Source: Epithemia pelagica
Taxonomy: Eukaryota; Protista; Bacillariophyta
Length of the DNA: 64,000 nt
Assembly (NCBI GenBank): GCA_946965045.2
Contig: OX337230.1
Location: 2,666,001-2,730,000 of the forward strand
Reading direction: 5' to 3'
Shown: positions 34,717 through 46,800 of the stretch, piece after piece
Layout of the letters: each line of letters starts with the position of its first letter
How positions within the stretch are numbered: the first letter of the stretch is position 1
Notes under the pieces: model-generated
What the model saw: only the letters and a program-made list of their open reading frames with translations
What the model was told of the DNA's origin: nothing
Database searches by the model: none
Made by a program: the position numbers and the translations under genes

Positions 34717-35105
34717 CTAGAAGTTCACCTTCGTCAAAGAGGTCAGGGGTGGATCGCTCCCAGTTGTGCCATCAGATGGCGGCTCTTTCATTTGCGTTTG
34801 AATAGCGGCATCATAGTCCAACAACTGCTGATGAATCGTCGGATTCTTCAGGTCGTCTTCCGGAATGGCCCACACATCTTTCCGTGTGACATGATTGCCC
34901 TCTTGCGTTAGGATTTCATAGGCCATATCATCGGTGCAATCATCGGCTAAGCCCAACCATCGGCCAATCAGTCTTTTTTCGAAGGGAAACTGTGCCATGG
35001 GCATGCGATAATACACCGGCTGATAGAATTGGAACATGGCTAATGAAGAGATGTCTGGCGTTGAGCCAATTACATGCTCGAACGGTGTACGTCCATCTAA
35101 AGGCG
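34717..35105 (-). pseudogene. pol: Copia integrase C-terminus; element truncated 5' of about 35105
   Basis: LDGRTPFEHVIGSTPDISSLAMFQFYQPVYY...EKRLIGRWLGLA...MAYEIL. Confidence 0.9.
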
Positions 35106-35599
35106 AAACTCGAAGAGAAGTTCAAGGAAAAAAGATATAGAGGCCGAAGAAGAAACAAAAGGCCCTTAAAACAGATCTGCAGGAAACAAGGGCAGCTGAA
35201 AAAAAGGTGCAAGAGCAAGAAGTAGCCTTGAAAATTACTAAAAGGGAATTGGCCAATGCTCAGGTGGCCGAAACGAGCACGCAAGGGATGGAGCTTAGAC
35301 AGGGCCAGCATGAATTAGCCGCAGGCGACGACAAGAACGAGGATTATCTCCAAGTTGTAGATACCGACGAGAGTTTCGAAGTTCAACAGCAGAGGCGACG
35401 ACAAGAATGAGGATTGTCTCCAAAATGTAGGTGACAATGAGAACGTGGGGCCTTCTGAAGTTGTAGCTGACGGCAAAAATGCAGACATACTGGCAAACGT
35501 CACTGGCCATCTGGGAATGGCATCAAGTCCTACTCGGTTGTGCAGGAACCAATTCACATCTCCAGTTCTATACAATGGCACCCGGGAAACATATCCGAT

Positions 35600-36700
35600 C
35601 ACGAGGGTGGTCGCAAATTCCATCCTGTATGTGCACTCAAGTTGAAATCGAATCAGTTGACTTACTTTGAGATTGTTTGTGAGAATGGTGTAAAAGCAGA
35701 TGGTAAGAAAGATTCCGCGAGAACAAGTGCAAGGAAGAACCTAATTCGACATCATGAACAAAATCATAATAGACCTCAGTGTCATTCTTTGTGGCCAATC
35801 ATGAGATTTTCGCAATTGACAGGAATCTCTGCAAATGACAGCGTTTCTTTGACAGCCTTGGCCATCGCAAACGCAACTCAAAAAATCCATTTCAGATGGA
35901 GCACCTGGAGTCTCGAAAGATAACATTGGAACATTTAAAAACAATTCTCTACGAAGCCCACGAAAACTCTGGGAGGGATGAGGTTTTATTTCATGGCAAA
36001 CACGTGACCCTGCTGAATTTTATGACTAAAGAGATATTGGGAGGGAACTATTTCAATACCCATGCCCAGAAGTTCAAATCAAAGTCACCAAAGAGAATGA
36101 CAAATAAAGAAAAGGCATGTCTATTGTCTCCAACTATACAAACAATCATTGTTAACATATGGAAAAAACATCAGAAAGGCAATATTGCAGGAAGGATATT
36201 TCAAAACTCTCTTGTTCCATGTCGTCCAAACACAAGGGAAGGATTTTGAAATATACTTTCAAAATGCCCAATCACTGTATGTTTGTAAACGTGTTAGCTC
36301 ATCATCATGATTGCAATTCTTCCCCACTTATTTCTACTTTCCTTGCCCATAAATGTCAGATACATTTGTTGTCAAGCTTAATACCGGGGAGTGGCACAAA
36401 ATGTGGGATGTCTAGACTGAAACAGGCGAGATTGCCTGTGTTATCTTGGTTCCAAACTGTGAAAACAAGACCTTGAACCAAGACATTCTCCCATGCTGCC
36501 CAGCAACTCTGTATACGTGAGAATGCTAATCCAAGTGTAATCTAGTTGGGCACATTCCCCCAAAAGCATGACTATTGGGTTGGATTGTTGGGTATGGATG
36601 TCACTCCAAGGCTGGGACTGTTCCATTTTCTCCAGAAAATTTCCAAGAAGACCATGACAAATTGACTTAGGTGACGCGTTATGTGAATTGAATTGTTTGC
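35600..36700 (+). mobile_element. Degraded DDE-transposase-like gene
   Basis: Frame-hopping FVVKLNTGEWHKMWDV*TETGEIACVILV / FSHAAQQL / *LGTFPQKHDYW...RLGLFHFLQKI; family assignment from recall. Confidence 0.4.
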
Positions 36701-36789
36701 TTGCGTCTACAAGTACCACGATGGCAACATCCACAAAGTTATTTCTGCACTCAAGAATGATGCGGGGGCTTTTCCAGTGAACATCTAGG

Positions 36790-38586
36790 TAGTAGAACGG
36801 GAGCTGTCAGATTCTTTCTTGCGCTTGGACTTCTTATGTGACTTCTTGCGGGAAGAATGCTCAGAAATGGATTGCTCACCTTCAAGAGGACCACACTGGG
36901 GGTTATTTTCTTCTCAGTGAATAAAATCGTCGATGGTGATGAGCGTGATATCGAGGCCACGTGCCCAGGGATATGCGATGTAATCAGTAGTGGTAAACTT
37001 GGTAATACGGACCAGATGGTACATTTCTTCGAACGTGAGCGAGTGTACCGGGTCGGAATAGCCTTCGATGGAGTGTGAGGCACGGATGACGTCGAGGGCA
37101 CCAGGGTTGATGTCCATGGTCATCGCCAACTGGTACAGTGTGGTGTAGGTCATACGACACGTAATCGGTCCCCCATAGGTGAAAAAGCCGGGGAGTGTAC
37201 CGATCGTGTGGAGGATATTGCGCAGGGCCTGAATCTGACGTGAGGTCGGTGGGTCGTAACCGTCGTAGTAGTCCCACAACATCACGTGCACATACTCCAA
37301 GTTGTTGGTTGATATTGACGTCATAGTAGAATTCGGAGTAACGGGATCACCATTCTCAGACAATATGGCCGGAAGAATTCCTCAGATGAGTCTTGAAGAG
37401 CCGAGTCTTGGAACTGGGTCTTGTAGCTTAAAAAGTTAATCGTATAACTTGAAATTTAAATCTTGTCTTGATGTCTTGATTCTTGTACTTAAAACTCGAT
37501 TATTTGAATCTTGAATCCCACGAATACACGATAAGTGTGCGTAATAATTACTTAGTGGGTCTTCCCTACTTTTCACTTAATATTGACAATGTCCCGTGAG
37601 TTCAATACCAATTACATATATAGCTGTTATGCACAAACATGATTCTGCAGTCGCTGTAAGTGCCACACTGGCGGATTCGGGCTTCTCAAAGGCAATTCTT
37701 AGTAGTAGCCCAGGTCCAATGCGAGTGCCAGACAGGGACCTCTTACACGTTCTGCTCGCTCGACGATTGGCGCCGAGTCGGGCTGACTGTATGACAGACA
37801 TAGGTCGGGTGGTACTTTCAAGACTGCTTTCCCTCAAGCCCTAGATGTCAGTGACTCCCTGTGCTTCTGCATTTGGCAGTAGGATGCTCGTAGCTGTTCT
37901 CCGATGTTCTTCGTAGTTTCTCCGCGTATCTCGGTCTCTCCGTAGATCGCTTCCCATGTGTCCGTGTATCGAGTCTCGCCGTGTGTGCACTTCACCAACA
38001 TAGGAAACGGATCACTTATTTTGTGGTAGGATAGCTGTGGTCTTTTCCATCAGTCCGTTGTCTCCAATTGTGTCCCATAGGCTCGTCTCAGTCTCGCGTT
38101 GTAGGATCTGTCATCACCGTCGCGTCGTGTCGTAGGGTAGTATAGGTATGGTTGGTAAGATGGATGAGAGATGGGTCCAACCTTCCAACTTGGAAAAGAC
38201 AATCCCCCGCGTGATCAAGCCGATGAGACTCTTACCTGACAAGCTGGAAGGAAGGGAGGTTAGATAGGGTGTAACAAACACACAGATACAACGATGAGAT
38301 AGTTACGATAAGAAATAGGTTTGCAAATAGTTGATGAAAAAATATTGTGATTACATGAAGTGATTATCTAGATTGGATCCTTTCGATCCCAGGTTCCCAT
38401 TGAGGTGATTCTGGACCTTGGATCCAGGTGTAAAAGGCTTCTAGACGGAAAAGATCGCCGTCTAGGGTCATCGGCATAGGCCTATGTCACCTAGAGGTGC
38501 ATATGTAAGTTAGATGTGATAGTTAGCCGTAGACTATCCGTTGCAACTCTTTACGTGCGATTGATATGCCTCAATCCGTGATTAGC
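36790..38586 (-). mobile_element. gag: CoDi copia 5' fragment, copy A (partial LTR, long leader, gag N-terminus)
   Basis: Collinear with about 60470-62262; ORF 36914-37363 is homologous to ORF 60075-60788, which leads into gag motifs. Confidence 0.85.
38230..38586 (-). mobile_element. Partial LTR of copy A
   Basis: Aligns to 61905-62262; similarity stops at AATCCGTGATTAGC. Confidence 0.75.
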
Positions 38587-40889
38587 CAATAGCAGCATTT
38601 CTGGTTCATCTTAAAGATCGAATGGACTTGAACTCACATTTGCCCGAACGACAACGCCATTGAAACCATGACTATTCGTGGAGGTCCTTCCCCTTCGGTC
38701 GAAGAGGACCTCCACAAGACGGACAAACAACAGGTAAGGGCCGCGACTTCGTCAACCAACAAATGACCCACCTCATTGAAAACAGGAACAGATCGATCAA
38801 ACGAACGATGAGCAGATGCAAACCGCATTTTTTGACCTCTCTCACCCTCTCCTTCTTGTTCTCCAGCAATCATTCGTTTATGAAGGTTGCAGTCGCCACA
38901 AGGCAGAGCAATCACACTCTCCTTTGTGGTGGCATCAATCAACAGGGACCGGAGCGAATCCCCATCGCGCTCGAGCCCGTCCTCGGGAGAACGATGTTGG
39001 AGGAGGCGCCATGGATGGTTTTGGGTCGGGGTGGAGCCTAAACCTCAGGATCGTAGGGTGCCTCGTTGGGGACCATTACCTTCGGGGCCTTTCGTTTTTT
39101 TGTTGGCTCGCCGTTGGAAATCACTTTTTACGGGGGATCGTTTGTCGATTGGCAGGCAGTCAAAAGTAACTCGGAAGCTCTGATTGGAGCGTCGCAAGTC
39201 TTTAAACGACTCACAACGTCACAGCAATCGGCCTCGGCGACCAAAACTTCGTAGAAGGCCTGGTCCTCACCGAGTTCTTGGGTAAGGCCCAGCGGCGACG
39301 GTCTCGGGCGTGTTTCACAACTGACAAGGGCGGGTAAGGGCGGGGCACCACAACCGGAGAATCATAGCAACAATCAACCAAAACGACTGGGCGGGCAAGG
39401 CCCGGCGACGAAAGGATTGGATTGGATATGGAAGAGGCGAAGCGACGGGCAGCATGACAGGTGGACATGATGGAGCACTCGTGGGCACGACGAAGAGAGA
39501 CGAGGACAGAAGGATAACAACACGAGAAGGGGCCGCAAAAATGAAGGGAAACATGGAAGTCAATAAAAGTATTAGTAGACAGTGCTTTTTAATGTTTTGT
39601 GACATTCCCTACGTGACGGATCGGAGTAAGAAAACCTATTCTCATACATAGTGGAGTCCAATGGACTCATAAATAACCAACTCATATAGAAACATTGTTT
39701 CTTTAGATACGAGATGTCACATTAGAGTTGGATTGTTGCATGGTTTGTCACAAGGGGCTCAATGGACCAACGACAAAAAATCAAGAAAGAAACCAAAGAC
39801 CGTGGAAACCAAAATGTGAGCGTCATAATTTTTGAAAAGATGACGAAAGCACCCGAGTTTGTGCGCGAAGAGTGCTCCAGAATCCAGAAGTGTTGGTTTG
39901 TCGCACCAGCACGCAATAATCCAAAATAGAAGCTGACGACAGCATATAAGAAAAAAGTACGACTAGAAAATAAACAGTAAAATTTCAAATATAGGGCCGC
40001 CTATTTTGTGATTATCGTTCAGTTGCATTGCATTTTGGGCCCATCGACCATGTCGTCCTTTTCTTCGTATTCACCGCGACTCGCCCACCAACGTCCTTTT
40101 CTTCGTATTCACCGCGACTCGCCCACCAACGAGGGCATCGACCTTGGGATGATTGCCATCCCACAAACAGCCTCAATGAAAGGGCTTGTGGGATGGGTCT
40201 TTGCCTTCCCAGAGTGTTGGGGCCGAGCTGGTTTCTGGTTTGGAATCCAGTTTCCAAACCGTCACACGATGTACTACGCCGTCCAAAACGTCCGCTTCCG
40301 AACGGACGTCCCACTCATCATCGCAACGGACCCACACTATAGGGCCTGGCACGCAACACGACTGGGAGGGGAAAAGCACCGAGCATGCGAGATCACAGAG
40401 GACAACATCGAGCCGCCTCCAGAAAATATGACCCGCAACTAAACGACTGATGCGCAAGGACGACATCGAGCCACCTCCAGAAAACGCGACCCGCAACTAC
40501 ACGACTGATGCGCCATCCGGGCGAGCTACCCCTAACTTTTGTCAGTCGGCCCCGCCTCCAGTATCCGTTCCTTCGTCGTCAACTGCCACCCCATTCACCA
40601 TAACCTTGATGACTGGTGCAGAGTCTGTGTTGATGGGTGTTCCATTGTGCACCTCATCATGCAGGTAGTCATTAACCAGGCTGTGTGTTGTATGGTAATG
40701 ACGTTGAAATACTTTATTTTCTTCTCTCATGGATTGGAACATTGGTGATCTACATAATGGTAGCCTTCATATCATAAACTGCCTAACCCAGAACTGGCAA
40801 AGGGATCTGTAACTGTTTCTGATAGGGATAATTTCAAAATTCAAGAGAGGGGAAGTCTAAGTCATGAAAGCAAAAACAGAAAATAAAGT

Positions 40890-41060
40890 TACATCATGTT
40901 TTAAAAGGCAGGAGAGTTGTTTGTGCCCAAAAGATTTTTGATAAAATCATAGATGAACATGAGAAAACTGAACATGCCTTGAGTGAGAAAACCGCATACA
41001 AGCTGCTCAAGGACAAGTATTACAATGTCACTATTTGTCAAGTAAAAGTGTACATCCTTG
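40890..41060 (+). mobile_element. Ginger2/KRBA2-like integrase zinc-binding fragment
   Basis: GRRVVCAQKIFDKIIDEHEKTEHALSEKTAYKLLKDKYYNVTICQVKVY; both His present, the Cys pair is cut off. Confidence 0.6.
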
Positions 41061-41846
41061 GTGGTTTCCAAATCACTGGTGGGTTATGTTTCTTTCTCTT
41101 TTGGTTTAATTTGTTAGTTTGTTGGAGGTCTTTGTTGTGTTTCTTTATCATTTCCTCCCTTGCCTCCTTTTTGACATTCTCTTGGATGCATGTGAGTTCT
41201 TGTCGATGATCCTGTAAGTCAGATCTTAGCAAGCGCATGCTGGGATAGTAACTAGTCAAATTGCATGAAGAATACAGTGTCAAAGAAATGGCCATACAGT
41301 GGTACTAGACCTTTGTTTATTTATCCAAAGGAAATTTGTTTATTTATCCAAAGGTAACATGATTCCTCAAAAACAAACCAAAACCAAAAACACCCCCAGT
41401 CAAAACTGTTATTGGCATCAATCCAGTCTACATGGGCGCAATCTTCTCCATAGTGGAATGCAAGGACACTGAGGCCAATTAAAGAAAGGTCATCGAAGAG
41501 CGCGTCCACACATTTTTGAACAAGGCATTCCCATCAACACTGCTCTCTTGGAAACTTCATGAAGCCCTGGAAATGTGGAATGGCATGTTGGCGTCCTATA
41601 AACAATGTTTCCGTGTTTGACTTCCATTCCACGACTGTTCATGCCTCCTCCTCCTCCTTACTTCATATGCTCCAAAGCAATCTTCATGTTCAAGGCCTTA
41701 CGTTGGTGTCTTTCATCTTTGAAGTTTGCAAAATACTTATGTTGATAAAAACAAATATCCATAACCAGATCAATTTAAAAGGGAAAGATGCCATATTTAC
41801 AATGGGAATCTTTGAACTCATGATCCTTGCTGATATTGGTCAAGTC

Positions 41847-42254
41847 CAAGATGGACAACTATAATTTGAAGGAATTATCCAGGGAACACAGAGTCACTGT
41901 CTTACAAGTTTAAAGAGAAAAGTTAGTCAATTCAATTACTATGAATTATTATGAATCAGGACTTTATCAAAGATTCTAACAGCAAGATGGACAACGTTAA
42001 TTTGAAGGAAATATCCAGGGAACACAGAGTCACTGTCTTACAAGTTTAAAGAGAAAAGTTAGTCAATTCAATTACCATGAATTATTATGAATTAGGACTT
42101 TATCAAAGATTCTAACAGCAAGATGGACAACGTTAATTTGAAGGAAATATCCAGGGAACACAGAGTCACTGTCTTACAAGTTTAAAGAGAAAAGTTAGTT
42201 AATTCAATTACTATGAATTACAATGAATTAGGACTGTGTCAAAGATTCTAACAG
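41847..42254. repeat. 136-bp AT-rich tandem repeat, 3 copies
   Basis: Units start at 41847, 41983 and 42119 (CAAGATGGACAAC...GATTCTAACAG). Confidence 0.96.
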
Positions 42255-43023
42255 CATGACAATCTGTCTTTACATAGATGGTATAGTGAACAAGGACACC
42301 CTTGCACATGTTGTCAAGGTTCTCTGAACTGTGTGCAGCAGACTAACACTACAGACTTGGAATATTGATAAATCAAAACCAGAATCCACCAAGTTTATTG
42401 TAGCCATAGAACACGGGTCGGAATATGTTACCGTAGAACTTGACTCAATCCAGGCTGTGGACTCTTCAAGTTCCCATTTCTGTGAATAGCGCATGAAATT
42501 CCTCTACTGCAGCGATTGTCATGCAATCATAGATGCCAAACGTTTGATTGGTTTTTTTGTTGACAATATGAATACCGAATGATTGGGATGGTCAGATATT
42601 AGACATTTATACCCTTAAAATGTAGATCGATAACCCCAGGCCCGACTCAGAGAAAAAGTGTCTACTCACAGCCAAAAGGCATCAATTCAAGAGCCTCCAA
42701 CTTCCACAGAATGACAAAGTCAGAGGCTTTAGAATTGTTAAATCCTTGCCCCTGGATAATCAAATGCAGGTTCCAACCGTACACAACAAGAAAAAGATAT
42801 AAAATCCCATTGTTTCAGACTACATGTATTATCCTTTTGAGGCCATTTAACCAACATTGCTTACATGTAACCAATGTTTCTTACATGTATTGTCCGTGCA
42901 TGTTTTTTCCGTGCATGTTTTGTCCGTACATGTTTCCTTACATGTTTTGTCCGTTGTAGTCTATCAATCAATTTGCTTACATGTCTTGGTCGTTTGAGTA
43001 TATGTAATCAATAAGTTCTCAAA

Positions 43024-43374
43024 ATGTTGCCTGCTATCACTGCTCCTGGAAAGATTAATGAGATGACTGCTTCTGGCGAAGGAGAGCAAAATAGTCCAAA
43101 CATTGAGCAAAATGGTCCTGAAGCTCCAGAACAAGACAATCCTGAAGTTTTGGACTCTGCCGCTTCTGGAAAGAACAATGAGACAACTTTCACTGGTAAA
43201 GTAGAGCAAAATGGCCTGAATATAGAGCAAAATGGTCCGGACATAGATGACTTTGCCGGTGAAGGAGAGCAAAATGGGCTGAATACAGAGAAAAATGTTC
43301 CGAATGTAGATCAAAATGCTCCTGCAGTTCCGGAACTAAACAATCTTGGAGTTTTCAACAGACAGAGTTATTGA
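43024..43374 (+). CDS. Low-complexity ORF with EQNG-type repeats
   Basis: Three GxxEQNxxNxExNxP-like units in 116 open codons. Confidence 0.35.
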   Translation: MLPAITAPGKINEMTASGEGEQNSPNIEQNGPEAPEQDNPEVLDSAASGKNNETTFTGKVEQNGLNIEQNGPDIDDFAGEGEQNGLNTEKNVPNVDQNAPAVPELNNLGVFNRQSY

Positions 43375-44299
43375 CTTCACCAAAGACATGATGATAACCC
43401 CAGTTACCATGAACCGGATAGTTAATTGTAACCCTTACCCTAATGGATATGACCATGTAGCAAAGCTCTACATTGAGACGACATGCTATCATCAAGAGAA
43501 CACTGCCCATTTTTAATTGTGTTTCATTGCCTGACATTCTAGGTCATACTGCTTTTTCTATCCTCAAGACCATTGTAAAAATAAAATCTGACTCTGAAAG
43601 TGACCCCTACCGGACTGTGGGTCTGCATATTTTTTTCAGGACATTGTACACTCTGGACCATTGAATGAAGATGACACTGACCACATTGCCAAATTGTGAC
43701 AATTAAGGATCACTGACCAAGCATACATTTCCTCTAGGGAAGATGAGGTTCACAAACTAGCAACTCCCAGAGCCACCGACAGGATGGAGCTATCAAAGGT
43801 CAAGTCTCGTTGCCGACACAGGCATGAGGCATTGAATGGATCAAGAAGAACTTCCACATTCTGTCTGGCACATACTGCCATTCCCTGGACAACCATCAGG
43901 AAGCTTTCGAAGCAAGTTGTGCCCTTGTCCACTATCAAATCATGAATAGTGCTACATTGTTTAACGTCTAGAGAGTAGGTGGAAAGTAGGTGAAACATGG
44001 CAAAATAATGTCATCCCATTCATGATTCGGCTTGTGATCGTTTTCAAATTGGTGCCAGAGATTAGGAAGCTCTGGCAGCAATTTCTGGACAGCTGCTTCA
44101 CAGCGGTCCATGAAGTTACTTGGAAAGTCGTAGAATGTCGAGCTGGAAATAACATCTTCTTCACGCGGAAGAAGGAGCCTCATCTTCCCTTTCCTGTCAA
44201 ATGTTTCCCATTTCTCTTTTGAAAAGGGTATCTAGGCAGGATCTTGTTGTTTGGTTTTCATGGTTACCATTGACTGTTGTTTTGTGTCATCGCATCGTG

Positions 44300-44870
44300 A
44301 GAGAGATGAATTGCCAGAGATGTGGCGATCGTCACGACGTCCTTGATAGCTTGCACGACCTGAATATCCTCTACCTTGGTAACCACCACGAGGAATTGGC
44401 TCTGCTCTCTCACACCACTTTCCTCGGGCTCCTCGTCCATCATGTTCATAGTAGACACGCTGTTGCTTCCGCTCATTTCCTTCATACCATCCATCAACTG
44501 AAGTTTCTCCACGTTGTTGGTGATCACGAGAAGGAATTGGCTCTCCTCTCCATGATTTCTTTCAAACCCTCCACCACGTGAAGATTCTCCACCTTGGTAA
44601 CCAGGAGGAGGAATTGGCTCTCCTCTCCATTTTGAAACAAAAGAATCACCAGAGCTGCGGTGATTGTCACGATTTCTTTCAAACCCTCCACCACATGAAG
44701 ATTCTCCACCTTGGTTACCAGGAGGAGGAACTGGCTCTCCTCTCTATCGTGAAACAAAAGAATCTCCAGAGCTGCAGTGATTGTCATCATTTCTTTCAAA
44801 CCTTCCACCACCTGAATATTCTCCACCTTGGTGACCAGGAGGAGGATCTGGCTCTCCTCTCCCCGTCTCG
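44300..44870 (+). repeat. 117-bp (39-codon) tandem repeat of a decayed Pro/Ser/Arg-rich coding sequence
   Basis: Units start at 44562, 44679 and 44796, with degenerate upstream copies; one frame reads SNPPPxExSPPW*PGGGxGSP. Confidence 0.88.
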
Positions 44871-46619
44871 GGATTGAGTCGGTACACCATTGCTTACTTC
44901 AGGAATAAAGAAGAATTCACGTCCAAGTTAGACCGGTGTTGGCACCTGTGTTTTCCAGCAGTGTCTTCTTACCTTTATCACTTATCCTATCTCTGCTCCA
45001 ATACCTGGTTAGCAGCTACTTCCTTCTACCCATGCCGATCAATTCGCATGCACGTGGCATCTTGATTCCCAATTGGCGATGCACTACCCCGCCTTATACT
45101 CATGTACTTCGGAAACGTTTCCGTCGTCTCTCTCGCACGACATCCATCCCGCGGACGCCTTGTTTACGCATCCCAAATTTGTCCTTGCCTGCATGTACTT
45201 CTATGATCTCCTTTTCCGTCTCTCTCTTACACCTACCATGAAATCAAAATTTCATACCTTTCTTCAAAAGCATATTTCCACCCTTTCAAAGCACGCTCCT
45301 TCTGTTCTCCTTCATAAGCCCGTCAATATCCTCCCATACCTGCCTTATCTCTGTGCCCCAGCTGCCCACTCTTGGCTTGCCCTATGTGGTTTTCGTGCAT
45401 TCGCTCTGCTGGACAATGATTCCCACCCCCTCCCATCCTTCATTTCCCCCTTGCTTCGCTCCCGCGACACCTCTGCCCGCGACACCTCTGTCGCCTCTGA
45501 TGCTGCTGCTCCTTCCGACCCAGCAGCTCCTTCTTTCCAACCCCTCCTACCTTGGGTTTGTAGCTCTAGATGAGAGTACATTGAGGCACGAACCCATCCC
45601 GGTCGTCGGTAGCGGGAGTGACAAGAGTCTCGTAGGAGTGGAAGGAATGTAGTAGAAGGACCGTGGTAGTGTCACTACGTGTACTCGTCCCTCGTCGTCT
45701 TCGATCTTCTGTAACCTCGTAGATGTCCAGGAAAAGAGCAACCAGCCCAAGCGCGTCCCACCTACAAGGACAAGGGACAAGGGTTTTCTCACCCGTTGCA
45801 CTGGTTGCCTGACGAAGTTCAACAAGTCGGACAGTCTGGACATGTTCCAGCACCGCCTTCTCCATCATTTAGTTACACATGGAATGGACACCATCAATTA
45901 CCTGTGTGATACTGGTGAAAGTACCATATAGTTGGCCATGGCCAAAATAAAACAGCATACAAGGTCAGATTCCATCAACATTCCATACGCCGGGTGGATC
46001 CACCCATAGATTTTTTGAACTAGTCTAAGACTTTCAACCAAAGTGGGTACATCGTCATCCTCTCTACGTAGCTTGTAGGACAATGCAACTTTACCAAGCA
46101 CATGACCTTTCAAACGAGCCAACACCCTCAATATCTGGAACGACCGTCAGTCACGCCGGACAATTCTGATAGACACGGCAGGGAATAATATCGCGACGTT
46201 CCACCTTGCAATTGGATACAAACAGTACCACAATTACTGTACCACAATTACTGCAAGGAATGTGGAACGGACCATGACCACAAGTATGACGCCGACCCAT
46301 TGCTACTAAAACATCAAGCAATGCCCACCATGGTGATTTAAGATGACAAAGGTGATGGGGACGAGACAATACACCCAATACCGGCACCGGAATGGCACAA
46401 CGCGATCCCAACACCGCCTGGAAAAACGACGACGAATGCTCCACAGACGACACAAACACAATGGAAGCACAAACAGAAGAAGCAGGTCCATCTCGGTCAT
46501 ACCACCTCGTTCTCAGCAATCAAAGATGAACTCTCCTGGTGGTTCCAGTCCGAGAGCCACGGCATTTGGGAAAGGCAACTCCAGTACAAATCTACATACA
46601 TGGTGGGGTGGGCCTTATA

Positions 46620-46800
46620 CTCCACACAGGCAATGCATATTCCGGAGCTTCACGGGTGTATTTGGGGAAGAGTGCTGTGAATTCGTCCATTGCGGCGAGT
46701 CGGTCCCAGTAACTGGCGGTGGTTTCAATGTTGATAGGTCGAAGCCGGATCTTGACACAGGAGTTGTGGTACTGGTCAAGAGCCTTCAGAGCTTCCAGGG
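46620..46800 (-). pseudogene. Unidentified gene fragment paralogous to 51720-51920
   Basis: RTATLEALKALDQYHNSCVKIRLRPINIETT versus RTTTLETLKDLDVHFNSCVKIRLRNINPEAT. Confidence 0.7.

Noticed and set aside
32067-38586. One full-length copia element formed by the 3' half at 32-35 kb and the 5' half at 36.8-38.6 kb
   Set aside because: The LTRs are unrelated (240 bp TGAA-type versus 616 bp TGTT-type) and unrelated sequence lies between them.
38678-38715. 11-bp perfect hairpin as a terminator or structured RNA
   Set aside because: Single occurrence, no U-tract, eukaryotic context; may be chance within coding-like sequence.
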